Source of the DNA: an uncultured Gammaproteobacteria bacterium
GTDB taxonomy: Bacteria; Patescibacteriota; Patescibacteriia; UBA2196; GWA2-42-15
DNA length: 64,000 nt
Direction: 5' to 3'
Assembly (NCBI GenBank): GCA_964573135.1
Contig: CAZNIO010000003.1
Coordinates: 10,881 to 74,880, forward strand
Shown here: positions 30,401-40,120 of the stretch, in pieces
How the letters are laid out: the number at the start of each line of letters is the position of its first letter
Numbering within the stretch: position 1 is the stretch's first letter
The notes under the pieces: generated by a model
Database searches by the model: none
Told to the model about the DNA's origin: nothing
Seen by the model: the letters and a program-made list of their open reading frames with translations, nothing else
Program-made: the position numbers and the translations under genes

Positions 30401-33400
30401 ACCGGGGTACACCTGTCGGCTTCAATATCACAAACGCTACCAGGACAATTTTGGTCACAAACACCTGGCGCAAGTCGGCAAGAATCAATATTAATATTTA
30501 ATGATCCACGAGCAAATTTATTTTCGTCCAAATTAGTGGCACGCACGTAAACAGAACCAGCTTGTGTACCAGAGGTTATAATAGCATGAGCGTCATCAGC
30601 ACCATCTTCTTGGGCGTCAACGCCTAAGTCTGGGTCATCAATGCCCCACTGCCAATCATATTCTTGGCTAATTAAGGCACAATTAGTTGAGGCTAAAGGA
30701 GCAACGGCATCAGCACGGTAGTTACCAGCCACATTCGCTCCGTTTATTATATAATGAGGTGGTTCAACGTAAACTCTTTCAATCGGACAGGGCGCTGCAT
30801 CATTTTTAGTCTTAAAGTGCCAGATATATGGGTTTTGCATTGGCACATTGTCAACAAGACTGCTAACTCCAGTGGTGATAGTTACCTGATAGGTAGTATT
30901 GATCGCTAAGTTGCTGTCTGGGTCCAATCGAAAACTTTTACTACCGGCAGTTGTTAGAGCGGTAGCTAGATGAGCGGAGTTAACATTTTGGCAAGTGTCA
31001 TCATCGCACTTCTGCATGAAAATATTTGACGAATTAACTGAGGCTGGATCAAGGTCGATGTTAAAGTTGGCTGAGACAATAGTGTTTAAGCAAGCGTCTC
31101 TTGAATTACGAAAAGGATTAGCACTTGGTATCACATCAATGACACACTGGCCATCAAGTGTTGGCGCCGTGCCTTGACAATCGCTGTCGCGAAAACAACG
31201 ATTACCATGGTTGTCACCACCATCACAAACCAAGAGACATTGACTATTTTCTACAACGCCAGGAGCGTTAGAACAGCTTGTGGTATCAAAATAGCAACTA
31301 ACATCCTGCCCGGTAATTGGATCTGTACTTCCCGAAGAGTAGCATAATAGATTACCACCAACAAAACCATGATCCTGGCATTCACCAGGAACATTATTTA
31401 AATCACATTCCTCGCCTGGATCAATAACATTGTCGCCACACTCCCACACATTAAAAAATATACCGTTGCTTTGTCCATGATCAGCGTTGATTATAGCTGG
31501 TCCGTCTTTTGCGCCATTTGGGACAATAACTCCTTTAATTAAATCATTGGTCCAATTATTAATATCTGTGACTTCGAATGGAACTCCAGGAGTGAAAACA
31601 ACTTGAGAAGTTGTCATACCATCTAAATCAGCAACATTAAGGGGTAATAGACGAGTGCCACCTAAGGTAAGATTTGTTCCCGGCGGGCCCTGATCGGGAT
31701 TGATTGACCAAAGACAGGGGCCAGTGGCTTCACCTGGAGTGATATAAAATTCTTTGGAATTGCTAGGTGGTACGTTATTACCACTGGAATAGTTAATAGC
31801 CAAACTGACTTGTGGCCGATCTCCCTGATTAAACTCCGCAGGAACGGTGGTACCAACAGCTCGGTTACTATAGCCTGCACCAACTTGAGCATCTTTTGAA
31901 TCAAAATTAATATATTCAATGGTGGCTGGCTGCTCTTGAGTTCCGGTGAAACAGTAGCCACTGAGAGTCAAGCAGTCTCCAATAGGACCCTGATCTTTGC
32001 TCAAATGGGTAATATATGGGGCACAGACGCAAGCTGATAGATCAGTGACGCCAAACTCCCATGACTTGGCAAGGGCTGTTCTATCGGCATTAATAATTTT
32101 ATTGGTGACAACATTGACATAGTAGCTGGTATTTTCAACTAAGCCACCAGTGGGTATAAACTCAAAAACACGATAATTATTACTAATATTATTTCCATCG
32201 ACATCCACAATACGAAATTCTCCAAGAATATTTTCAGAGGTACTACGATCAAAGGTTGTGCTTGTTTTACCATCTTGGTCAGGAGCTAATATATATGTAG
32301 AAGGTCCGTAACCCTCCACACCTATATTAAGAGTGACCTCATCATAATACATACTTGTATTAAATGTAATACTGGTGCGGGTGTCTGGGCAGGCGTTAGT
32401 TCCAGTCGGATAATATCCAGCTACTCCAGGAACTCTATCATTGGTGGTAAACCGCCAGGTGACGGGTTCCAGCATTTTGTTATTACATAGATCAGTTACG
32501 TCCTGGACGGTAACTTGATAGGCAGTAAAAGCATCAAGCAAATTAGGGTCTTCTAAATAGAATCTAAAGCCGTTGTTTTTAATAACAAGATGGATAAGAT
32601 TATTGGCAATTTGAGTTAAACTACCGTCGCTTTCAACTTTCTGAAAATAGAGTCGTCCTGGATATGGATTAATGCCATTAACGTCAAGTATGCTGGTAGC
32701 ATCTATATTTTCTGAAAAAGTAACGTCGACAACAGGATCACGAGAAACATTCATATCAGGGTTGGCGTCATCAATTCTTGGATAAGCGCTAACAATAAAT
32801 GGGTCAACCTCATCTCCTTCGTTACCAACAAAGAAATTCCATTGCACACCAGCTGATGAAGCTTCATCACAGTCTGCCCCTATGGAACAAGATCTTAAGA
32901 AAAGAGGTTCGGGAGAGGCATCTTCAATGCTTGAAGGCATATCATATTCGTGATTGTGTTTTTTGCCAATGGCAATAACTTCCCGGTTATCAAAAGTACT
33001 ACTCCCATCACTACCGAGCGGTGAATAAACTAAAACATTACTGCGAGCATCCCAGTTGCCCTGCTGAATGCCCTGAATGCCGGCAATGGCAGCTATTTTT
33101 AAATTGTCAGCGTTATGTGCATCAACAATGGTACTTATATCGACATTTCTATTAAAAATAGTTTGAACTTTACTACACCAATGTACGTTGCTTTTCTCTT
33201 CTGGCAAACCATTGCTAAGTGGTGCTCCATGAGAGGTATGAACGGCATCTACTACAAACTCTGACATACTGGGGCCAATGGAACACACACAAGGCGCGCT
33301 TGTGATACCACAACTCTCATCGCATAAATATCCGCTTCCATCATCAAGGCACCTTGAACAACCATAACACTGCTGGGCTTGGCAAATCGGCGCATTAGAG

Positions 33401-33792
33401 CCTTGACCGCCTTCAAGAACCTTAAAAATATATTGAATAATGGCAAAAGCCATAAAGATGATAATCAGGCCAATGACGGTATTGACCAGTATTTTTTTGG
33501 CTTTCTCAATTTTCTCAGAATTGCCACCAGCAGTCATCCAGACAAAACCACCGTATATAATGAGGCAAAGGGCCACAATGCCGAGAACCCCCAAGATAGC
33601 GCGGATAATTCTGACAACAGAGATACGAATATCGGTGGTAGACAGGCCCGTACCTTGACCGTAATTAACGCCAAACATATCATCGCTTTGAGCTAAAGTA
33701 GCTTCAGGCAACAAAAAAACAACGGAAAAAATAACAATAAAAATTGCCGTTGTGAGGATAATAAAACGTTTGGGTTTTAAAATCTCTAGCAT
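27403..33792 (-). CDS. Giant (2129 aa) surface protein: N-terminal VirB2/TrbC-like pilin membrane segment, Ig-like and IPT/TIG domains, Cys-rich repeats
   Basis: IIYGGFVWMTAGGNSEKIEKAKKIL pilin-like motif; repeated SPxxGPxGxxxTIxG, YxPTGTxAC and CxxDxDC motifs. Confidence 0.85.
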   Translation of the reverse strand: MLEILKPKRFIILTTAIFIVIFSVVFLLPEATLAQSDDMFGVNYGQGTGLSTTDIRISVVRIIRAILGVLGIVALCLIIYGGFVWMTAGGNSEKIEKAKKILVNTVIGLIIIFMAFAIIQYIFKVLEGGQGSNAPICQAQQCYGCSRCLDDGSGYLCDESCGITSAPCVCSIGPSMSEFVVDAVHTSHGAPLSNGLPEEKSNVHWCSKVQTIFNRNVDISTIVDAHNADNLKIAAIAGIQGIQQGNWDARSNVLVYSPLGSDGSSTFDNREVIAIGKKHNHEYDMPSSIEDASPEPLFLRSCSIGADCDEASSAGVQWNFFVGNEGDEVDPFIVSAYPRIDDANPDMNVSRDPVVDVTFSENIDATSILDVNGINPYPGRLYFQKVESDGSLTQIANNLIHLVIKNNGFRFYLEDPNLLDAFTAYQVTVQDVTDLCNNKMLEPVTWRFTTNDRVPGVAGYYPTGTNACPDTRTSITFNTSMYYDEVTLNIGVEGYGPSTYILAPDQDGKTSTTFDRSTSENILGEFRIVDVDGNNISNNYRVFEFIPTGGLVENTSYYVNVVTNKIINADRTALAKSWEFGVTDLSACVCAPYITHLSKDQGPIGDCLTLSGYCFTGTQEQPATIEYINFDSKDAQVGAGYSNRAVGTTVPAEFNQGDRPQVSLAINYSSGNNVPPSNSKEFYITPGEATGPCLWSINPDQGPPGTNLTLGGTRLLPLNVADLDGMTTSQVVFTPGVPFEVTDINNWTNDLIKGVIVPNGAKDGPAIINADHGQSNGIFFNVWECGDNVIDPGEECDLNNVPGECQDHGFVGGNLLCYSSGSTDPITGQDVSCYFDTTSCSNAPGVVENSQCLLVCDGGDNHGNRCFRDSDCQGTAPTLDGQCVIDVIPSANPFRNSRDACLNTIVSANFNIDLDPASVNSSNIFMQKCDDDTCQNVNSAHLATALTTAGSKSFRLDPDSNLAINTTYQVTITTGVSSLVDNVPMQNPYIWHFKTKNDAAPCPIERVYVEPPHYIINGANVAGNYRADAVAPLASTNCALISQEYDWQWGIDDPDLGVDAQEDGADDAHAIITSGTQAGSVYVRATNLDENKFARGSLNINIDSCRLAPGVCDQNCPGSVCDIEADRCTPVIQSLSPDNGPAGRWTTIQGCYFKSKGQSSSINFGSTQVSLYPCSSSWTDTQVIVEVPVVSQGSHVVTLTDAYGLNTVQSNNGNGNFTVTSNCNGITDNIPGICSLSRYQGQPGDAVGISGSNFGTTKDLVTFNNITAATSNWLDANISTQVPDSASTGDVIATVASCPSNGLKFTIAGGGEGAPCDSNLSNQPVCDADNNMCWQGFWCDPDANCTCQKSPSPSILSYSPTGTDACRNAMVSLTFDREMNLNSINSTTLKLEYLRTDGRGCDGQPPANVYNPTLKDRVIAFFRNLLSKESFAQSGTYCPVDGKVTAHNVNGKTVTYFRPSDLLGQPDSSVTHRIFVAGKSNGVKSVLGGIMENDYTDGLFTVGKNVCDINHVNVNITSGAGSDESTKEDTAYDYFTCVTRLNGCPDDVNPGVADNQHGYLATARDISDNLLVADFAWKENPSSQSLIILSATDTEEVEVTPVDQSGNTTLIVTGFDPDDGDPNYGSASQAITITNFICQNPWPSFDQAFPFNDSLSNCASGFCHDMTFSAFYCRDFGNSEKYCQDSGLACADDSDCPDNSDCPRGECVCLGSDTDDLPALAIPGTILGETNGTCIGGANHGAVCAGYGSCGLGYCRKVMKEFLFSFPQSQDNNTHWCENSLTPCQANQDCVANTSCQLNTDVVGIRIYSNSEHLSPSAWYKKYMGESGGHSMLKVDNYDALSVSQDTFIGTAVDTNPTAVDTNPTGSHNIFTNIFRISYSVKKGEENKIDELPNPITREVFQRFYKNFVFNANLGENLRLCTNSDTWCTKDSQCGTGSCQAPKDKLARDARRIGGIGEMSYHLELYRGHCSLSQNLACHTDSDCPEYIFDDPRSEICVASGATSYPTLSAGSYLQGQSVSLWDSWPSTLSSEIKASLLLDPLNEGTNCPDDVYNKECWDLEAKNFKCEPGSHMFHYKSGSNGNSYDLYANMEYSNTGWQPANSHYRTNFVQPCSPGTYNLIYNSIQSAY
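28197..28243. repeat. In-frame 21-bp tandem duplication (TAVDTNP x2)
   Basis: CAGTGGGATTAGTATCAACTG twice, plus CAGTG. Confidence 0.9.
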
Positions 33793-33824
33793 GGGATGTG
33801 AATTGTTAAATTAACAATTTTGTG

Positions 33825-34274
33825 CTAACTGTTTAATTTTTCTTTAACAATCGTACTGACCAATTTACCGTCTGCTTGTCCCTTGGTTTTAGCCATAACG
33901 CTTTTTATAACTTGACCAAATTGGCTGGGGCCAACTTCGCCCATCTCGTCAATAACCTTTTGTGTAATTTTTTCAACTTCCTCTTGGTTAAGGGGGGCGG
34001 GTAAATATTTTTGGATTAATTCAATTTCTTGTTTTTCTTTGTCAGCTAGTTCTTTACGATTTCCTTTTGTATATAACTGAATTGCATCTTGTCTTTTCTT
34101 TTTTTCCTTATTTATAATACGAAGGGTCTCTTCATCTGACAATTCCTGTTTTTTGAGCTGAATCATCTCGTTTTGTAGGGCTGCTTTTAACAAACGCAAT
34201 AAATCAACCTCAGCTTGTTTTTTACCAAGCAGGGCCGTCTTCAGGTCAGATTCAATTGTTTGTGCTAGACTCAT
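33825..34274 (-). CDS. yqeY: GatB/YqeY domain protein
   Basis: LRLLKAAL, KYLP, KGQADGKLVS; downstream of rpsU. Confidence 0.92.
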   Translation of the reverse strand: MSLAQTIESDLKTALLGKKQAEVDLLRLLKAALQNEMIQLKKQELSDEETLRIINKEKKKRQDAIQLYTKGNRKELADKEKQEIELIQKYLPAPLNQEEVEKITQKVIDEMGEVGPSQFGQVIKSVMAKTKGQADGKLVSTIVKEKLNS

Positions 34275-34558
34275 CTCCTATTAGTTTGTGGGCTTGACCC
34301 TCGTTTGTAACCGCCTGAATTACCGAGAACATCGTCATCGCTTGGTAATTGACCAATTTTTTGCAAATATTCTCTTTTGGCTCTAACATATTGGCGACGA
34401 AGGGCTACCTCTTTAATTTGTCTTTTAGTCTTTGGTTTATTGCGATATTTAGTGGCTTTTGCACGAAAAATCACACGACTTTGTAAAACTCGCTTAGAAA
34501 AACGTCTGAGTAAGCCTTCAACTGATTCATTTTGCTTACGCTTAACTTCAACTGCCAT
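34271..34558 (-). CDS. rpsU: 30S ribosomal protein S21
   Basis: VEVKRKQNESVEGLLRRF; AAGGAGGTG Shine-Dalgarno upstream. Confidence 0.85.
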   Translation of the reverse strand: MAVEVKRKQNESVEGLLRRFSKRVLQSRVIFRAKATKYRNKPKTKRQIKEVALRRQYVRAKREYLQKIGQLPSDDDVLGNSGGYKRGSSPQTNRR

Positions 34559-34699
34559 AAGGTGTATTAACACCTCCTTTCTTTAAGTAGGCCTGCATGG
34601 AGCAGGTAACTAAATATAGCCAAAAAATGAGCACTTATAAACAGGCTATTTGTAATTAAAATATACCAAAGAATGGCAAAATAGTCAAAAAAATATTGG

Positions 34700-35908
34700 T
34701 TAAAATATTAAATTACACAATTTGGCATTAATTTTTTGAATTTGACCTTTCAAATCCTGCGAAGAAGTGGCTTTTTTCTTTACTTTTATATAGTTATGAG
34801 TAAAGCCATACCAAGAGTTCTCTTTTTTCTCTTCCCAGAGGATTGGCATGCTTTTACCTATAAACTGTTCTTTAACTTGTTTTGCCCGAATATCAGCCAA
34901 ATTTTTTAAGGTTATACTACGTGCTTGCTTAACTTTATCTTTAACCTGGTTTTCAAGTAATATAGCCTTTGTTTGGGGACGTTTGGAATATTTAAAAATG
35001 TGGACTTTAGAAAAACCTATCTTATCCACTAATTGGCAAGTCTTTTTAAAATCGGTCTCCCCTTCTCCGGGGAAGCCGACGATAATATCAGAGGTAAAAT
35101 TAATCAACGGAATTTTTTTACGAGCGAGATTAACAATGGATAAGATATTTTGAGGAGTGTAGTAGCGACCCATGCTCTTTAAAATTTTTGGTGAGCCTGA
35201 TTGAATGCTTAAATGAAAGTGGGGGCAGAGCCTTTCTTCTTTTGATACAAGAGATATAAGGGAAGAAGTTACGTGTGTTGGCCACAAAGAGCCAAGACGA
35301 ATGCGCTCAATCTTTGTTTCTTTTAAAATAAGTTTTAAGAGGGGAACTAAATTGCCAATCCCCTTATCATTATATAAGCCGATATTAATACCAGTTAGAA
35401 CAACTTCTTGAAAACCTTGCTTTTCTTTGTTTAAAATTTCTTGAATAATTTTACCGGCAGGCAAACTTGTTGGTTTACCTCGCGTATATGGAACAATACA
35501 ATAGGTGCAAAAATTGTTGCAACCGGTTTGAATTTTAATTAAAGCTCGATTACGGAGAGAGGGTGGCCTGACTACTTTTGGGCCACTTTTAATGTGACTA
35601 CTAGCTATTTCGCCTATTTTACTTTTATCTTTATTAGTTACCCAGAAATCAACGCCGGGCCAATTCTTTTCATCCAGACAACCAGTGACTATAATTTTGG
35701 CGCGTGGATAATTTCTTTTAACAAAAGATGTTTTTTGTCTGCCCTGGCGCACAGCTTTGGCTGTAACGGCGCAAACATTAATAATAACAAAATTGGGTTT
35801 TTTATTGATTGGCACAGGATAAAAACCAGTGGAAATTAAATCAGCGGAAATCGTTTCAGATTCCGCCTGATTTAATTTACAACCAAAAGTAATTATCTTG
35901 AAATACAT
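34700..35908 (-). CDS. mtaB: tRNA methylthiotransferase, MtaB-like radical SAM
   Basis: TFGCKLNQAE, CAVT, CNNFCTYC, DIIVGFPGE. Confidence 0.88.
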   Translation of the reverse strand: MYFKIITFGCKLNQAESETISADLISTGFYPVPINKKPNFVIINVCAVTAKAVRQGRQKTSFVKRNYPRAKIIVTGCLDEKNWPGVDFWVTNKDKSKIGEIASSHIKSGPKVVRPPSLRNRALIKIQTGCNNFCTYCIVPYTRGKPTSLPAGKIIQEILNKEKQGFQEVVLTGINIGLYNDKGIGNLVPLLKLILKETKIERIRLGSLWPTHVTSSLISLVSKEERLCPHFHLSIQSGSPKILKSMGRYYTPQNILSIVNLARKKIPLINFTSDIIVGFPGEGETDFKKTCQLVDKIGFSKVHIFKYSKRPQTKAILLENQVKDKVKQARSITLKNLADIRAKQVKEQFIGKSMPILWEEKKENSWYGFTHNYIKVKKKATSSQDLKGQIQKINAKLCNLIF

Positions 35909-35927
35909 AAAACCCAGTAACTAAATA

Positions 35928-37817
35928 TTAACCAGTCAAAACTATATCCAGCTCCGTTGCTGTTCTTTTAACAAAATCAATCATTGCTTGGTTGATTTTA
36001 ATTTGTTGGCTTACCTGCTCTCTTACTTCATGATTATTCCCCAGTTTATCCTTTTTGATTCCAATAGTTTTTGATAAACGAAAAATATTTCCGTCATCTT
36101 CCTTTATGGTTTTACGAGTGATAACTATAAGTGAGTCAATGCCTGCCTTCTCTTGCTCTTGATTATTTTTATTTTCTGCTAGTGCCTTAAATTGTAACAC
36201 ATCTGCCTTATCCTGATCCTGGGTACAATATTTATGTAATTTATCTAATTTTTCTTGTTGTGCCGGTTGCGCTAACCATTTTTTTAATCTAACAGATGGC
36301 GTAGCTACTGAAATTTTATTTTTTGTGTAAGTTAGTATCTTTTTTAATGGAGGACTACTATCTTTACGTTTTTCCAGATTTTCTTTATATAGCTTGGAGA
36401 TGTCAGCAAGTTCTTCAGCCAATGATTGAAATTCTAGCGAAGAAGTAAGGTACTTGTCTATTTTTCCTGCTAAGACTTGGGGCTCTTGCTGGTATAATTT
36501 TAACTCTCCTAATTGTGATTGATATCTTTTTAAGCCGCAGTTACTTAAAAAGTACTGTTTAAAAACTTTTTTAACATTATCGAAAATAGACTCATCAATA
36601 TCAACACCATTTTCTTTAAGCCTTGACTTGACCGCTGATATATCTTGAAGGATATTTTTCTTGGTTCTTTCTACGCCCATTATTTCGCTGTAATAATGAT
36701 AATGGCGGTCATTGTTTAACTTAACTTCATCGAGATCTATGTCTTTCCTTTGGGATGGGTCTTGAGGTATAATATCGTGATTACCGGGGTCAAGGCCGTC
36801 TCTAGTTATCTTAATAAAAAGAGCTAGTTTCTGGGCTTTTGATTCTTCGTCTTCTCCTTGCTGTGCGTCTAATAAGAGTTTTGTGGTTAGCTCTTCAGGA
36901 TAAAAGCAAAAAGTATCCTTGCACGAATTATAGGCTATGGTTTCTGTAAGCGGATATTTCTCACTTTCGGACTGTTCATTTTCTCCGGTGGCCACCAATT
37001 TAAATAAATCATAGGATAATCTTTGGCCGATAAAAAGACCTTTGCGATCTTTTTCCATCTTTTTTATTATGGATGAATAATATGCCGTGTGCTCATGGTT
37101 ATGATTCTCCCCTGAATAAAAGACGGTTGATTCCTCTTCCTCAAATTCTGGCTCGTCAGAATATTGGTAGAAAATAGCTTTATTAACAAGCATTGTAGAT
37201 AACTCACTAAAGTCATGCTTCTTTTCATGTGGAAACCAAGATACTACTATTTCTCTTGCTCTTTTTTCTATTTCTCCTTGATCATTTAAAGAAGAAAGTT
37301 TTTGGGCTTCTTGATTGATAAAATCAAAGAAACTTAAATTTTTTTCCTGACATTCACTTTGAGCTTCTGGAGGCATTTTGGGTAAAAAATTTTCATCAAT
37401 CATCTTGCGTGTGATTGTCCATTCCTCACTATATTTCTTTTCCCATTCTTTTTGGGGAATGTGCTCTACTGACTTATACCCAATCTCGGGCTGAGTGCCC
37501 TCGATTCTCTTCTTATCTAACTGTTCAACTAATGGTGCCTCGGCGGGTTGGTTTGATTTATTAATCTGTTGGTTGGCGTAAGTTAATAGTAACGCTAATT
37601 CTTCTTGCGTAATCTGCTGGCCGGGGATATGTAGCTTATTCATGAGAGGGGCAACTTCCTTTGGGCTTACTGTTGTTTCGTTGTTTGGCGCTAGATCAAG
37701 ACTATATTCTAATTCTTGTGCTTTTTGTAAAACAAGATCCTTAAGTTCCTGGTTGGGATCTCGTTCCTTGGGTGGAGGGTCCTTTTTTTCTGGCTGAGGA
37801 GATGCTGTTTCTATCAT
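35928..37817 (-). CDS. Hypothetical charged helical protein
   Basis: 629 aa ORF in operon context; no recognised motif. Confidence 0.75.
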   Translation of the reverse strand: MIETASPQPEKKDPPPKERDPNQELKDLVLQKAQELEYSLDLAPNNETTVSPKEVAPLMNKLHIPGQQITQEELALLLTYANQQINKSNQPAEAPLVEQLDKKRIEGTQPEIGYKSVEHIPQKEWEKKYSEEWTITRKMIDENFLPKMPPEAQSECQEKNLSFFDFINQEAQKLSSLNDQGEIEKRAREIVVSWFPHEKKHDFSELSTMLVNKAIFYQYSDEPEFEEEESTVFYSGENHNHEHTAYYSSIIKKMEKDRKGLFIGQRLSYDLFKLVATGENEQSESEKYPLTETIAYNSCKDTFCFYPEELTTKLLLDAQQGEDEESKAQKLALFIKITRDGLDPGNHDIIPQDPSQRKDIDLDEVKLNNDRHYHYYSEIMGVERTKKNILQDISAVKSRLKENGVDIDESIFDNVKKVFKQYFLSNCGLKRYQSQLGELKLYQQEPQVLAGKIDKYLTSSLEFQSLAEELADISKLYKENLEKRKDSSPPLKKILTYTKNKISVATPSVRLKKWLAQPAQQEKLDKLHKYCTQDQDKADVLQFKALAENKNNQEQEKAGIDSLIVITRKTIKEDDGNIFRLSKTIGIKKDKLGNNHEVREQVSQQIKINQAMIDFVKRTATELDIVLTG

Positions 37818-37822
37818 AGAGA

Positions 37823-39289
37823 CTATAGCTTATTCATAATCTTCTCGTTGTCTTCAAGAGGGTCTAGCTTGTATTTGAACTGTTCGCCCTTTTTGGGCTT
37901 ATTTTTTTTTGGCTTGCCATCTTCCTGAGACTCTTCGCCCTCAAGATTGTCTTGTTTGTCAATAACATAACTTTTAACGGCTGAGCCAAGAGTGCCAATG
38001 CGTTTCTTAGCTTCAGAGACTACATTGTCATAGTTAATAATTTCCTGAATACCAGAATTCATATCCCGCAGAATAATGGTTTTATCAATTAGTTCACGCT
38101 GGCCTAGGATTAAAGCGAATTTTACTCCCATGGTATCTGCTTTTTCAAGTTGTTTTTTTAGCCCATCTTGTGAGAAACTTTCTGCTACTTTAACGTCTTC
38201 AGCAATCAGGCGTTCATAGAGATGGAAACATTCTTTGCGTGCTTCGCTACCAAGTTGGGCTACAAAAATATCAGGTTTATCAACCTCTGGTATAATGGCA
38301 CCTAAATCACGCATGCGTGAAATTACTCTTTCAACTCCAACGGCAAAGCCAATAGCTGGGGTTGGACGCCCGCCAAGTAGCTCTATTAAACCATCATAGC
38401 GCCCGCCACCAATGAGAGTTGATTGTGCTTTTGTGCCCTGCTCTCCTTGGTCTTTTAAAGCAATTTCAAAAGTAGTACGCGTATAGTAGTCTAGCCCGCG
38501 GACCAATTTAACATCTAGGGTGTAGGAAACCTCTGAATCATCCAGCTGTTCTAAAACGGCCATAAAATGTTTTTTGCATTCTTCACAAAGAGCATCAATG
38601 ATCTGAGGTGCGTCAGCTAGCACATTTTGACATTCTTCATTTTTGCAATCAAGAATACGTAAGGGATTTTTGGTATATCTCTCACGACAGTTTTCGCATA
38701 ATGCTTTTTTTCTACCACTAACCATAAGGTATTGCTTAAAAGTCGTTATATATTCCGGGCGACACTCCTGGCAACCAATACTATTAATATGAACTAGCGG
38801 TTTTAACCCAAGAGATTCAAGCAGCCTATAGCCGATAAGAATGAGCTGAGCATCGAGTACGGGGCTATCTGAGCCAATAACTTCTAAATCGAGTTGGTTG
38901 AACTGACGGAAACGACCGGCTTGCGGGTTATCGTGCCTAAAAACTGGGCCTACACAATAGAATTTTAAGGGTTGTGGCCTGTTTATCATGCCGTGCTCAA
39001 TATATGCGCGACAAATACCTGGAGTAAATTCTGGACGAAGTGCTACTCTTTCTCCATTTTTATCTTCAAATTCATAAAGCTCCTTGCTAACCACATCAGT
39101 ATGCTTGCCAGTGCCTTTTACAAAAAGTCTGGCTTCTTCAAGAACTGGCACATCTATATTTTGAAAATCATAGTGTTTAAGAATTTTTTTAGATTGAGAC
39201 ATGAAAAAATCCCAATGCTTGCGGTGCTCGGGTAAAATATCTTTAAAACCTTTGAGGAGCTGAACTGGTTTGTTCGAAATTCTTGACAT
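37823..39289 (-). CDS. hisS: Histidyl-tRNA synthetase
   Basis: LRPEFT, GRFRQFNQ, LVRGLDYY, GGGRYD. Confidence 0.97.
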   Translation of the reverse strand: MSRISNKPVQLLKGFKDILPEHRKHWDFFMSQSKKILKHYDFQNIDVPVLEEARLFVKGTGKHTDVVSKELYEFEDKNGERVALRPEFTPGICRAYIEHGMINRPQPLKFYCVGPVFRHDNPQAGRFRQFNQLDLEVIGSDSPVLDAQLILIGYRLLESLGLKPLVHINSIGCQECRPEYITTFKQYLMVSGRKKALCENCRERYTKNPLRILDCKNEECQNVLADAPQIIDALCEECKKHFMAVLEQLDDSEVSYTLDVKLVRGLDYYTRTTFEIALKDQGEQGTKAQSTLIGGGRYDGLIELLGGRPTPAIGFAVGVERVISRMRDLGAIIPEVDKPDIFVAQLGSEARKECFHLYERLIAEDVKVAESFSQDGLKKQLEKADTMGVKFALILGQRELIDKTIILRDMNSGIQEIINYDNVVSEAKKRIGTLGSAVKSYVIDKQDNLEGEESQEDGKPKKNKPKKGEQFKYKLDPLEDNEKIMNKL

Positions 39290-39305
39290 AATTCGAATGT
39301 TTAAT

Positions 39306-39923
39306 TTAGTATACTTTATCATTAAATACTTTAAGTCGACTTAACGGCCAGCCGCGGAGCCAGGTCTTGCCGATGATATCGCCGTCTTGGATGGAGCCAA
39401 ACATGCGTGAGTCAAGCGAAGCAGAGCGGTTATCTCCCATGATATAGTACTCATCGCTATCAAGCTCTAGACTTTCATTGCCTTGAGTGTAGGTATTTGG
39501 CAGATAGAGATCTTCATTTAAGGTAAACCCCTGGGGGTTATTGACATCGCTAATATTTATATGGCCATCTTTGACGGTAATGGTTTCACCGGGTAAACCG
39601 ATGATGCGTTTTATAAAATATTGTGAGCGGTCATAGGGATATTTGAAAACAATAACATCACCGCGCTCTGGCTCATTAAAGCGATATGAAATTTCATCGA
39701 TAATTAGATATTCATGATCATAGAAGTTGGGCTCCATGGAAGCGCCCTTAACATAGAAGGGCTGGATAACAAAGTAGCGGATGGGTATAATAATGACTAA
39801 AGAGATAATGATTACCTTTAGGGTCTCCCATATAAAATCCTTAAATTGCCCCTTAACTTTATCCTTATCGGTTTCGGGCTCGAAACTGGGCTCTTTTTCT
39901 TGGGGCTGTTGAATAAATGTCAT
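39306..39923 (-). CDS. lepB: Signal peptidase I
   Basis: GASMEP, FIKRIIGLPG, GDNRSASLDSR. Confidence 0.96.
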   Translation of the reverse strand: MTFIQQPQEKEPSFEPETDKDKVKGQFKDFIWETLKVIIISLVIIIPIRYFVIQPFYVKGASMEPNFYDHEYLIIDEISYRFNEPERGDVIVFKYPYDRSQYFIKRIIGLPGETITVKDGHINISDVNNPQGFTLNEDLYLPNTYTQGNESLELDSDEYYIMGDNRSASLDSRMFGSIQDGDIIGKTWLRGWPLSRLKVFNDKVY

Positions 39924-40120
39924 AATAATAGATTAATAATTTGATAATTTAATGATACTTAGTTTTTCCAATAAATGGCATTTTTCCCCTAAAAAAAGGG
40001 TAATTTATACTCATACTAGCATATTTTTTTGATTGACGCAAGGCGCGAAATGGTGTATGGTGAAGTTAAAGATAAGCTAAAAAATTGCTTTATCGTAGAT
40101 TTTTGATAAAGTAAAAATTT

